From an uncultured Solirubrobacterales bacterium (GTDB taxonomy: Bacteria > Actinomycetota > Thermoleophilia > Solirubrobacterales > 70-9), in assembly GCA_963816505.1 (NCBI GenBank), contig CAWFKT010000002.1, positions 448,895 to 512,894 on the forward strand: 64,000 nucleotides of DNA. The letters run 5' to 3'. The notes beneath the pieces were generated by a model that was not told the origin of the DNA, made no database searches, and worked only from the letters and a program-made list of their open reading frames with translations. The position numbers and the translations under genes were made by a program. Of the stretch, positions 27,561 through 36,575 are shown piece by piece (within the stretch, counting starts at the first letter, position 1; the number at the start of each line of letters is the position of its first letter).

Positions 27561-28355
27561 TTGGCGGAAGGCGAGCGACGGCTGGTTTTCGACACCCGTG
27601 GACGGCGTAAACACGTCGTTCGGGTCGTCTACGCGATCCTCGCCCTGCTGATGGGCGCCAGCCTCTTCCTGGTTGTCGGGCCGTTCAACATCGGCGCTCT
27701 GCTCGGCACCAACGAAGCCACGAGCGGCACCAAGATCCTCAACGAACAGGCGGAACGGACCGAAGCCAAACTGCGCCGCGACCCGACCAACGAGGCGCTG
27801 CTGCTCTCGTTGACCCGCACCCGGATCACAGCAGCCAACGGCGCCACCGAAGTCAACCCGGAAACCGGCGGCACCGTCTACACGGTCGAAGGCCACGAAG
27901 AGCTCAACCGTGCGGCCGAAGCTTGGAGCGAATACCTGAAGCAGACCAAGGAACCGAGTCCCTCAACCGCGCTGCTGATGTCGCGCACCTACTTCAGCCT
28001 CGCCGAAACCTCGCGCAGCCTCGAAGAAGCCGTTGTCAACATCAACAAGGCGGCAGCGACGCAGCGCATCTCGGCGGAAGCGCAGCCGAGCATCAACTCG
28101 CTGACCAACCTGGCGATCTACGAGTTCTACGCCGGCGACTTCGCGGCGGGCAACAAGGCCACGAAGGAAGCGGAAGCCAAGGCGACGACCAAGGCCGAAG
28201 CCAAAGAAGTCGGCAAACAGATGGCCGAATACCGCACCCGCGGCAAACAGTTCCAGACCCAGAAGAAGGAAATCGCCAAACAGGAAGGCAGCCAGCGCAA
28301 GGAAGCCCTGGAAAACCCCCTCGGCGGCCTGGGCGGAGGCGGCATCGGCGAATAG
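27561..28355 (+). CDS. Membrane-anchored helical protein, unassigned
   Basis: TTG start 7 nt after tatC. N-terminal TM (VVYAILALLMGASLFLVVGPF), then an Ala/Glu/Lys-rich helical ectodomain and a Gly-rich tail. Confidence 0.5.
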   Translation: MAEGERRLVFDTRGRRKHVVRVVYAILALLMGASLFLVVGPFNIGALLGTNEATSGTKILNEQAERTEAKLRRDPTNEALLLSLTRTRITAANGATEVNPETGGTVYTVEGHEELNRAAEAWSEYLKQTKEPSPSTALLMSRTYFSLAETSRSLEEAVVNINKAAATQRISAEAQPSINSLTNLAIYEFYAGDFAAGNKATKEAEAKATTKAEAKEVGKQMAEYRTRGKQFQTQKKEIAKQEGSQRKEALENPLGGLGGGGIGE

Positions 28356-28358
28356 AAA

Positions 28359-28432
28359 TGGGCCGCGAAGGACTCGAACCTTCAACCTTGAGCTTAAGAG
28401 GCTCCTGCTCTAACCAGTTGAGCTAGCGGCCC
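28359..28432 (-). tRNA. tRNA-Lys (anticodon CTT)
   Basis: The reverse complement folds as acceptor GGGCCGC/GCGGCCC, D arm GCTC-AACTGGTTA-GAGC, anticodon loop CTCTTAA, T arm GAAGG-TTCGAGT-CCTTC, discriminator A. Confidence 0.88.
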
Positions 28433-28462
28433 TCGGCGGGCAAGTATAGGAAGGCGCGGCGC

Positions 28463-29215
28463 TCAGCGGACGCTGCAGGCCTTTTCGACATCCCCGTAGA
28501 TGATCAGGCCTTCGGTGAAGGCGAAGCGGCCGTGTGTGCGGAAGATGCCGCTGCCGCAGCGAGCTGCCACGTAGCTGCGTTCGGTTCCCTGGGAGCGGTA
28601 GCGCCTGCCGACTTTGACGTCGAGGTGGGTGATGGAGCCGAGGCCGCCCGCGATCGGCGGTATGTCGACGGTCGCACGGTAGCGGTAGAGGCCGCCCCGT
28701 TCTTCGATCGGGATCGTGATCACGAAGGTTTGGACCGCCGGCACCGTCGTGCGGGCGTGGAGGATGACCGTCGGGTGGCCTTCCTGGGGCGGCCCGTTGA
28801 AGAGCGTCATCAACGAGCTGGCCGCGATCGGCGCGCCCGTTCCCAGCGCGATCAGGGCGCCGACGTGCCCGGTGCCGACGATCGCCCCGCGGCAGCGGCT
28901 GCGGGCTTCCGCCGGCGTCGCTTCTTGCAGCTGCGAGGGCCGGCAGATCGGCAGGCCGGCGGTGCTCAGCCTGCCGTTGCGATCGAACTCGAGTTCCAGC
29001 TGCTGCAGCGCCGGGGGAACGCCGCCGCCGACCGCTTTGAGGTCGGCGTGTCCCTCGAAGTCGATCGGGGCGAAGGCCCTGCGCGGCAGGTCTCGCGGCG
29101 TGAAGCCGCCGTCGGCCGTCAGCACCAGGCTGCCGGTCTTGACCAGCGCAGCGTTGGCCCCGCCCGCGAGCAGGACGCAGGCGATCAGCACTCCGCTTGC
29201 CAGAAGCCGCTTCAA
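28463..29215 (-). CDS. Secreted Cys-containing beta-rich protein, paralog P1 of 3 (family unassigned)
   Basis: TTG start with GGAGGAG upstream. Signal peptide ...LLAGGANA. Shared family motifs GLPICRP...C(R)GAIVGTG, LFNG, IPPIAGGLGSIT, RSYVAARC, ...KACS. Confidence 0.7.
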   Translation of the reverse strand: MKRLLASGVLIACVLLAGGANAALVKTGSLVLTADGGFTPRDLPRRAFAPIDFEGHADLKAVGGGVPPALQQLELEFDRNGRLSTAGLPICRPSQLQEATPAEARSRCRGAIVGTGHVGALIALGTGAPIAASSLMTLFNGPPQEGHPTVILHARTTVPAVQTFVITIPIEERGGLYRYRATVDIPPIAGGLGSITHLDVKVGRRYRSQGTERSYVAARCGSGIFRTHGRFAFTEGLIIYGDVEKACSVR

Positions 29216-29407
29216 ATCTCCTCCCCCAAGCAGGCTAGCGCTCCAATCAAGCCGGCTCGCACAAAACCACCCTTAACAGAGTCTTCTGTTTCATTTCCCC
29301 CGCTCCGGCGGTCGGACCGCCAAACTACGCATGTGCCTGTGAGGAGGAGCAGGGGGCGGAGCGATGACGCGCGCGCTGAGCGCGAGGGAAAGCGCCGCCC
29401 GCCGCTG

Positions 29408-32400
29408 ATGCTGCGCTACCCACGCCGGACGCTCGGGATCGGGCTGGCCCTCGTCCTCGTCCTCGTCGCCTTTGGTTTCAGCCTCGAAGAAAAGCTGACG
29501 CCGAGCTCGCTCGACATCCAAGGCACCACGGTGCACCGTGCAAACGCGATGCTGAGCAAGTACTTCGGCAACACCGCGCCCTTCGTGATCCTCCTGCGCG
29601 GCAAGCCCGCGGCGATCGACCGCCAGGGCCCGGAATTGATCCGGGCGCTGCGCCGCAACCCGAAAGTGACCACGCTCTCGCCGTGGGACCGCGGGACCGT
29701 CGGGCGCCTGCGACCCTCTCCACGCCGCGCGCTGATCATCACCGACTTCCACGTCGGGCTCGACGCGGCCGTCAACGAAAAGGTGCCGGCGGTCGACGAA
29801 CTGATCGAAGAGAACATCCGCCCGCCGGTGCGCGCCACCCAAACCGGCTTCGCCACCCTGCTGCGCTCGGTCCAGGACGAGTCGATCAGCGGTGGCGAGC
29901 ACGCCGAGCTGATCGCGCTGCCGATCCTCCTGCTCGTCCTCCTGCTCGTCTTCCGCTCTCCTGTGGCCGCCGGGGTGCCGCTCGGCTTCGGCGCGATCGC
30001 GGTCTTCGCCTCTCGCGGCATGCTCGCGATCGCGACCAGCTGGTTTGACGTCAGCGCCCTGGCACTCACCGTCTGCTCGATGATGGGATTGGCACTGGGG
30101 GTCGACTACGCCCTCTTGATGGTCTCGCGCTTCCGCGAGGAGCTCGCCAACGGCGCCGACCCGATCGACGCCGCCTGGGCGACCCGGCGCACCGCCGGGC
30201 GCACCACGGTCTTCGCCGGCAGCACACTGGTGCTCTCGATGCTCGTCGCCCTCTTCGTCGTGCCGGGGGTCCTGCTTGCCTCGCTGGCCGGGACCCTGGC
30301 GATGGTCGTCGTGCTCACCGTGGTCGTCGCCACCCTCCTTGGCCCGCCGGTGCTCGTCCTGCTCGGCCCCAACATCGATCGCTGGCGGATCGGCCGGGCG
30401 CCGAACGGCGAGCGCTCGGTGCTGATGACGGTTGTCTCCGCCGCTCTGCGCCGCCCGGCCCCGGTCGCAGCGGCGATCGGCGGAGTCGTGCTGGTTCTTG
30501 CGGCCCCTGCGATCGCGCTCAAAACCGGTCCATTCAGCATCGGCCAGCTCCCTCACGACGATCCTGCCCGCAAGGACGCCGAACTGATCTCGAGCACGAT
30601 CGGCGCCGGTTACGAAGCGCCGTTCACGATCATCGCCGCGGCCAAAGAAGGGACGATCACCGAACCGCAGCGCCTCGCGGTCCTGAGCCGCTGGCAGCGG
30701 CGTATCGCGGCGACCCCCGGCGTGCAGAGCGTTGTCGGCCCCGAACAGGTAGCGCGCGCGGTCGAACCGCTGCGCAAGGGGTTCTCGGGCGTGCTCGCCT
30801 CTAACAAGAAAGTCGGGCCGCTGGCGAACGTCGCCCGGCTAAGCCGGAATTTGGGCCGCGTCGCCAAAGGTGTCGCGGTATTCCGATCCGGGTTCTCGCA
30901 GGCGGCGGCGGGAGCCGGGTTGCTCGCCGAGGGTTCCGGCAAGGCCGAAGAAGGAGCGGTGGCGATCGCCGCGGGGCTGGGCAAGGCTGCGGCCGGCTCC
31001 GCGGAAGCGGTCGCCGGCCTCGAAAAGTTCGCCAAAGGGACGCGTGAACTGGCCAACGCCGAGTCCAGGGCCGCCACCGGTGGGCTGGCGCTGAGGATCA
31101 ACCTGCCCGACATCAGCCTCAACCTCCGCAACAACGCGCTGCGGATATCGGAAAAGCTCCACGAATCGCTGCTCGGCGACGCCAACGTGAAGACGCCTCA
31201 ACTCCAGGCCGCGGCGCAGGTGGCCGACGAACAGCTGGCCGCGGCGTTGAAACAGCTCGAAGGGATGACATCGGGCAAGTCGGACCCCAACTACACCGCG
31301 GCGGTGGAAGCCGTCCGCAGGGCCACCGCGGCGGTCAGCGGCACCGACCCGGCCACCGGACAGCCTTACGAGCCCGAATACGCCGGCCTGCCGGCCGAAC
31401 TCACTGCCCTGCAGGGCCGCCTGCTCGAATACGCCGGCCAGGCCAAGGAAGTCTCGCGATACCTCACCTCCGAAACCGACCACATCGACCGGCTGGCCTC
31501 GGTTGCCAAGAAACTCTCAGAAGGCCTCTACGAAATCTCCAAGGCCGGCCACAAGGTCGCCAAGACGGCTGCCAAGATCGACCGCGAAAACAAGCAGGCG
31601 GCGAGCGAACTCGAAGAAGCGGTCCCCCAGGTGAGCGAACTCGCCAACGGGCTCACCCAGCTCACCGGCGGCACGACCGAACTCCAGCGCGGCCTCGGCG
31701 AAGCCTTCAGCCGCTCTTACCCTCTGCAGGCCGGTACCCGCCGGATCGCAGTCCGAGTGCAGTCGCAGAGCGACAACCTCAACCGGCGCGCCGCCAACCT
31801 GCGCCGAACCTCGCCCGGCATCTTCAACTCTGGTTACTTCGTCCTTTCCGCCCTCGACGGGACCCGCGGCCAGCTAAACGAACGCGCCGGTGAAACCATC
31901 GACCTCAACGGCGGCGGCCAGGCGACGGCGATCACCGTCTTCTCCCGCTACGGCTTCAACTCCCCCGGCTCGATCGCGCTCAACAAGAAGCTCGAAGGCG
32001 ACGCCGCGGCGCTCGGCGAAGAAGCGGGCGTCGAAACCGGAGTCGCCGGCGGGCCGCCCACGCTCAACACCTACAGCCGCGTGACCAAAGACCGCATCCC
32101 CTACGTAGTCGCGGCGATCACCCTTGCCACCTTCCTCGTGCTGATCCTCGTCCTGCGGGCGCTGCCGCTGGCGGCGATCGCGGTCGGCCTCAACCTGGTC
32201 ACCGTCGGCGTCGCCTTCGGCATCCTCACCCTGCTGACCAACGTGCCCGACGGCTGGCCGCTGGGTGGCCGCACCTACGTCGACGCGGTCGGGGCGACGA
32301 TGATCTTCGGCATCGTCTTCGGGCTCTCGATCGACTATGCGGTCTTCCTGCTCGTGCGGATGCGCGAGCACTACGACCGCGAGGGCGACAACGCCGCCGC

Positions 32401-32656
32401 GATCGCCTTCGGCCTGGAGAAGACGGCGCGGGTGATCACCGGCGCCGCGGTGATCATGCTGGCCGTCTTCATCGCCTTCTCGGCGACGCCGATCGCGACG
32501 GTCAGCCAGCTCGGAGTCGGCCTGACCGTCGCGGTGATCCTCGACGCCACCGTGGTGCGCATCGTCCTGCTGCCGGCGCTGATGCTGCTGATCGGCGACA
32601 GGGTCTGGTGGCTGCCGCGGCCGCTGGAGCGGGTGCTGCCACGGCTCAACGTCTGA
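29408..32656 (+). CDS. MMPL-family (RND-type) transporter with long helical extracytoplasmic insert
   Basis: ATG 29408 within ORF 28532..32656 (the upstream part is antisense to P1). Two 6-TM MMPL halves (...GLALGVDYALLMVSRFREEL... and ...GLSIDYAVFLLVRMREHY...). Ala/Leu/Glu/Lys-rich insert in the second loop. 1082 aa. Confidence 0.88.
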   Translation: MLRYPRRTLGIGLALVLVLVAFGFSLEEKLTPSSLDIQGTTVHRANAMLSKYFGNTAPFVILLRGKPAAIDRQGPELIRALRRNPKVTTLSPWDRGTVGRLRPSPRRALIITDFHVGLDAAVNEKVPAVDELIEENIRPPVRATQTGFATLLRSVQDESISGGEHAELIALPILLLVLLLVFRSPVAAGVPLGFGAIAVFASRGMLAIATSWFDVSALALTVCSMMGLALGVDYALLMVSRFREELANGADPIDAAWATRRTAGRTTVFAGSTLVLSMLVALFVVPGVLLASLAGTLAMVVVLTVVVATLLGPPVLVLLGPNIDRWRIGRAPNGERSVLMTVVSAALRRPAPVAAAIGGVVLVLAAPAIALKTGPFSIGQLPHDDPARKDAELISSTIGAGYEAPFTIIAAAKEGTITEPQRLAVLSRWQRRIAATPGVQSVVGPEQVARAVEPLRKGFSGVLASNKKVGPLANVARLSRNLGRVAKGVAVFRSGFSQAAAGAGLLAEGSGKAEEGAVAIAAGLGKAAAGSAEAVAGLEKFAKGTRELANAESRAATGGLALRINLPDISLNLRNNALRISEKLHESLLGDANVKTPQLQAAAQVADEQLAAALKQLEGMTSGKSDPNYTAAVEAVRRATAAVSGTDPATGQPYEPEYAGLPAELTALQGRLLEYAGQAKEVSRYLTSETDHIDRLASVAKKLSEGLYEISKAGHKVAKTAAKIDRENKQAASELEEAVPQVSELANGLTQLTGGTTELQRGLGEAFSRSYPLQAGTRRIAVRVQSQSDNLNRRAANLRRTSPGIFNSGYFVLSALDGTRGQLNERAGETIDLNGGGQATAITVFSRYGFNSPGSIALNKKLEGDAAALGEEAGVETGVAGGPPTLNTYSRVTKDRIPYVVAAITLATFLVLILVLRALPLAAIAVGLNLVTVGVAFGILTLLTNVPDGWPLGGRTYVDAVGATMIFGIVFGLSIDYAVFLLVRMREHYDREGDNAAAIAFGLEKTARVITGAAVIMLAVFIAFSATPIATVSQLGVGLTVAVILDATVVRIVLLPALMLLIGDRVWWLPRPLERVLPRLNV

Positions 32657-32680
32657 CCGTCGCTCCCGTCGTTTCTCGTC

Positions 32681-33469
32681 TCAGGGCTTCTGGGCGCACT
32701 TCCCGGTCAGCGTCGGGGTCAGCGATTCGCCGTCCTTGAAGACGAACTGTCCGCGCGACTTCATCTTCTTCGAGAGACAGGTGGAGCTGACGTAGCTGCG
32801 CTTCTTGCCCTTGTAGCTGAAGGTCTTGAAGATCTTCGTCTGAAAGCTGGTGATCGCGCCCTGACCGCCGGCGATCAACGGGATGACAACGTCGAGGCGC
32901 GGCCCGTAGCCTTCCTTGTTGAGGTTGGTCACCGTGCCGACCAGGACCAGCGTGGTCTGGATCGGCGACTGGCTGTAGGTGTGCAGGAGGATCACCGGCT
33001 TGCCTCCCACCGGGACGCCGTTGAAGGCCGTGATCGTCGTCGTCACCGGGAAGATTTTTTCGCCGACCACCAGGTCGGCCGTGCCGATGCCGCTTCCGAT
33101 CTTGGCTTTTTTGCAGGCTTCGAGGGCCGCTTCGGTCGAGGTGTTCTGCAGCAGGCCGGCGTCGCAGGTGGGGTAGCCCTTGCTGAAGATCGTCACGCCT
33201 TTGGGGAAGTCGATGATCGCCTCGGTGGCCGGGATCGGGGCGCCGTTGTTGGCTTTGGGATTGGTCGTCGACGTAGCGGTGGCCACGTTGAGCGTGACCG
33301 CTTCGGCGGTTTTCTTCGAGAGCTTTTGCGGCGTGATGCTGACGGCGATGCTCTGGGTGTTGCCGTCGGGGCCGTTCAGCACCGGCGAGGTCGTGGCGGC
33401 GGCTACTGCCACGACCGAGACGGTCACGGCGATGGCCATCGTGGCGGTGAGGGTCAGACGTTTGCGCAT
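32681..33469 (-). CDS. Secreted Cys-containing beta-rich protein, paralog P2 of 3
   Basis: ATG 33469 (MRKRLTLTATMAIAV..., GGAG 10 nt upstream). Motifs GYPTCDAG...CKKAKIGSG, AFNG, IPLIAGGQGAIT, RSYVSSTC, ...GKCAQ. Lys-rich with locally lower GC. Confidence 0.7.
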   Translation of the reverse strand: MRKRLTLTATMAIAVTVSVVAVAAATTSPVLNGPDGNTQSIAVSITPQKLSKKTAEAVTLNVATATSTTNPKANNGAPIPATEAIIDFPKGVTIFSKGYPTCDAGLLQNTSTEAALEACKKAKIGSGIGTADLVVGEKIFPVTTTITAFNGVPVGGKPVILLHTYSQSPIQTTLVLVGTVTNLNKEGYGPRLDVVIPLIAGGQGAITSFQTKIFKTFSYKGKKRSYVSSTCLSKKMKSRGQFVFKDGESLTPTLTGKCAQKP

Positions 33470-33708
33470 TGGCGTTCCACTCCTGTTCGATTTGGCCAAG
33501 CGCCTCCAGGTCCCTTAACCACGCCGCATGCCCAGAGTAGCGCGTTGAATTCCAGTTAAGTCCCTGCTCGGTCCGGGCGTGGCAGCGGGTCGCTCGGATA
33601 CGATTCGCCCGCCGTTCCGCCGGATTCGGAGGCCGGTGGAACCGCAAGCGACGATCCGTGGCTGCCAATCCCTCAGGCGAGGAAAAAGGCTCGGCACAAA
33701 GCCGGGGG

Positions 33709-35064
33709 GTGACCCCTGTGCGGATCGTCGTCATCGCGGTCTTGGCGGTGGCGGTGATCGGCCTCGCCTACGTCATCCTCAGCGGCGGCAGCGAACACAA
33801 GTACAACCTCCTCTTCCAGAACGCCAGCCAGCTCGTCCCCGACAACCAGGTCCTGATCGGCGGCCAGCCGGTCGGCTCGGTCGAAAACATCGAACTGACC
33901 AGCGACAACCTGGCCAAGGTCGTGGTCAGCGTCGAACAGGAACTGCACGAGGGCACCACGGCAACCATCCGCGCGACGTCGCTCTCCGGCGTCGCCAACC
34001 ACTACGTCTCGATCAGCCCCGGCCCGAACAGCAACCCGCCGCTCGGGGAAGGCGCCACCCTCGGCCTCGCCTCGACCACGACGCCGGTCGACATCGACCA
34101 GTTCTTCAACACCTTCCCGGCGCCGGTCCGCCGCGGCCTCGCCCAGTTCATCAAGGGCAACGCGCAGTGGTACGCCGGCGCCGGCAAGGCCGCGAACAGC
34201 ACCTTCAAATACCTCGGCGTCGGCTTCAACCGGGCGGGCGCCTTCGTCCACGAGCTCAACGCCGACGAACATCTCTTCGCCCGCTTCCTGGTCAGCTCGA
34301 GCCGGCTCGGCACCGCGGTCTCCGAACGCAGCACCGAGCTCTCCAGCGCCATCGCCAACGCCAACGCGGCCTTCGGCGCGATCGCCAGCCAGAACACCGC
34401 GCTCGACCAGAGCCTGAAGCTGCTGCCACCGACCTTCCGCCAAGCCAACACGACCTTCGTCAACCTGCGCGCCGCCCTCGACGACGTCGAACCGCTGATC
34501 GAAACGACGAAGACGGCGACAAAGGAACTCGCTCCCTTCCTCAGCGAATTCCGCCCGGTGCTCTCGAAAGCCGTCCCGGTCTTCAAGAACCTGCGCCTGA
34601 CCGTGCGGCGCAAGGGCTTCGCCAACGACACTGCGGAACTGCTCGGCACGCTGCCGGCGGTTGAACAGCGGGCGGGCCGCGCCTTCCCGCACGCCGAAAG
34701 CGCGATCTCCGCCTTCCAGCCCAACCTCAACTTCATCCGTGCTTACACGCCGGATCTCTTCAACGGCTTCGCCAAGCTGGGCCAGGCGAGCGCTCCCTAC
34801 GACGGCAACGGCCACTACGTCCGCGCCAGCCTCACCGACCTCAACCTCTTCAAGTACAACAGCGGCTCCCGCGCCCTGGAACCGATCGCACCCAGCGAAC
34901 AGTACGACCCCTTCGGCAGCTCGGCCGGCGTCAAGCGCCGCTGCCCGGGCGGCGGCGCTCCCTCCGCCGGCGACGGCTCCAACCCCTTCGTCGAACCGCC
35001 CCACAGCGGCGCCGGCGTGACCACGTCCGAATGCAACCCGGCGGACTCGCCACCCGGCCGATGA
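33709..35064 (+). CDS. MCE-family protein 1 of 6
   Basis: N-terminal TM (IVVIAVLAVAVIGLAYVIL), then an MCE/MlaD domain (...YNLLFQNASQLVPDNQVLIGGQPVGSVENIEL...RATSLSGVANHYVSISPG...). GTG 33709 chosen; GTG 33658 is possible. Stop overlaps the next start (ATGA). Confidence 0.85.
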   Translation: MTPVRIVVIAVLAVAVIGLAYVILSGGSEHKYNLLFQNASQLVPDNQVLIGGQPVGSVENIELTSDNLAKVVVSVEQELHEGTTATIRATSLSGVANHYVSISPGPNSNPPLGEGATLGLASTTTPVDIDQFFNTFPAPVRRGLAQFIKGNAQWYAGAGKAANSTFKYLGVGFNRAGAFVHELNADEHLFARFLVSSSRLGTAVSERSTELSSAIANANAAFGAIASQNTALDQSLKLLPPTFRQANTTFVNLRAALDDVEPLIETTKTATKELAPFLSEFRPVLSKAVPVFKNLRLTVRRKGFANDTAELLGTLPAVEQRAGRAFPHAESAISAFQPNLNFIRAYTPDLFNGFAKLGQASAPYDGNGHYVRASLTDLNLFKYNSGSRALEPIAPSEQYDPFGSSAGVKRRCPGGGAPSAGDGSNPFVEPPHSGAGVTTSECNPADSPPGR

Positions 35065-36575
35065 GGAGAACACTGGTCATAGGCGGGCTGGTCGCGGCGG
35101 CAATCGTCGCGGTCGTGCTGATCGCCTCGGGCGGCGGTGGAGGCGGCGGCTACCTCGTGCGGGCGATCTTCGACAACGGCGGCTTCATGGTTAAAGGCGA
35201 GCAGGTGCGGGTGGCCGGCGCCAACGTCGGCGAAATCGAATCGGTCGGCGTCACCTTGCCCGGCGAGGTCGACAGCTACGAAGGCGGCAAGGAACAGGCG
35301 ATTACCGGCAAGGCGGTGATCGTGATGAACATCACCGACCCCGGCTTCCAGGACTTCCGCAGCGACGCCAGCTGCCTGATCCGCCCGCAGTCGCTGATCG
35401 GCGAGAAGTTCGTCGATTGCCGCCCGACCGTGCCGCGGGCCCCCGGCTCGCCCCCTGCCCCGCCGCTGAAGCAGGTCCCCTCCGGCAAGCCCGGCGCCGG
35501 TCAGTACCTGCTGCCACTGGAGAACAACAGCACCAGCGTCGACCCGGACCTGATCAACGACATCCAGAAACTGCCCTACTCGCAGCGCTTCCGCCTCATC
35601 TTCAACGAACTCGGCGCCGGCCTCGCCGGCCGCGGCGCCGACATCGAAGCCGCGGTCAAGCGCGCCAACCCGGCCCTGCGCGACATCGACCGCCTGCTTG
35701 GCATCCTCAACGGCCAGCGCGATCAGCTGACCCAGCTCGCCGCCGACTCCGAGCAGATCCTCGGGCCGCTCTCGCGCGAACGCGCCCACGTCGCCGGCTT
35801 CCTCGCCAACTCCGGCGCGGCAGCCCAGGCCAGCTCCGAACGCGGCGCCGACCTGGAAGCCTCGCTGCGCAAGTTCCCCGCCTTCCTGCGCGAGTTCCGC
35901 ACCACCATGCACAGTCTGCAGGGCTTTTCCGACGCGGCTACGCCGGTCTTCGCCGAGCTCGGCAAGGCCGCGCCCTCCTTCACCGAAGCGACCCGCCTGC
36001 TGACGCCCTTCTCGGCCGCCTCGACCGTCTCGCTGAAGTCGCTCGGGGTCAACGCCGAAAAGTCCGGCCCGACCTTCCGTAGGGTCGACCCGGTCGTGAT
36101 CAAGGCCCGCGAACTGGCCCACTCCGGCGCCGAACCGACGACCAAGCTGGCCGAATTCTTCGAAAGCACGAGGGAAACCAAGGGCTTCGACGGCCTCGTC
36201 GAACTGATCTACAACGTCACCGCTGCCAACAACGGCTTCGACAAATACGGCCATTTCACCCGCCTCTTGACGACCCTGACCAACTGCCTCGAATACGAGC
36301 AGGAAGCCAGCGGCTGCTCGGCCAAGTTCACTGGTCCCAATGCCACCACCTCGTCGCTCAGCGGCGTCGACCTGCGCGCCTTCCTCGAAGAAGAAGAAGC
36401 GAAGCGAGCCGGCGGCACCACCGCCCGTCCGGGCGCCCCGACGACGACCGTCGCGCCATCCAAGCCGACAGCGCCCGCCGCCCCCAAGCTGGGCGAAGGC
36501 CGCCGGCTCGGGGCAAGCTCGGCGCTGCCCGCCCCGCGGCAGCGCGCCCTCCTCGACTACCTGCTCGGGCCATGA
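35061..36575 (+). CDS. MCE-family protein 2 of 6
   Basis: MRRTLVIGGLVAAAIVAVVLIA... then ...YLVRAIFDNGGFMVKGEQVRVAGANVGEIESV...IRPQSLIGEKFVDC... ATGA overlaps at both ends. Confidence 0.87.
   Translation: MRRTLVIGGLVAAAIVAVVLIASGGGGGGGYLVRAIFDNGGFMVKGEQVRVAGANVGEIESVGVTLPGEVDSYEGGKEQAITGKAVIVMNITDPGFQDFRSDASCLIRPQSLIGEKFVDCRPTVPRAPGSPPAPPLKQVPSGKPGAGQYLLPLENNSTSVDPDLINDIQKLPYSQRFRLIFNELGAGLAGRGADIEAAVKRANPALRDIDRLLGILNGQRDQLTQLAADSEQILGPLSRERAHVAGFLANSGAAAQASSERGADLEASLRKFPAFLREFRTTMHSLQGFSDAATPVFAELGKAAPSFTEATRLLTPFSAASTVSLKSLGVNAEKSGPTFRRVDPVVIKARELAHSGAEPTTKLAEFFESTRETKGFDGLVELIYNVTAANNGFDKYGHFTRLLTTLTNCLEYEQEASGCSAKFTGPNATTSSLSGVDLRAFLEEEEAKRAGGTTARPGAPTTTVAPSKPTAPAAPKLGEGRRLGASSALPAPRQRALLDYLLGP

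Noticed and set aside
28532-29407. 5' extension of the 1374-aa ORF as part of the MMPL protein.
   Set aside because: It is antisense to paralog P1 and Arg/Asp/Ala-rich. The typical MMPL N-terminus (MLRYPRRTLGIGLALVLVLV) starts at 29408.
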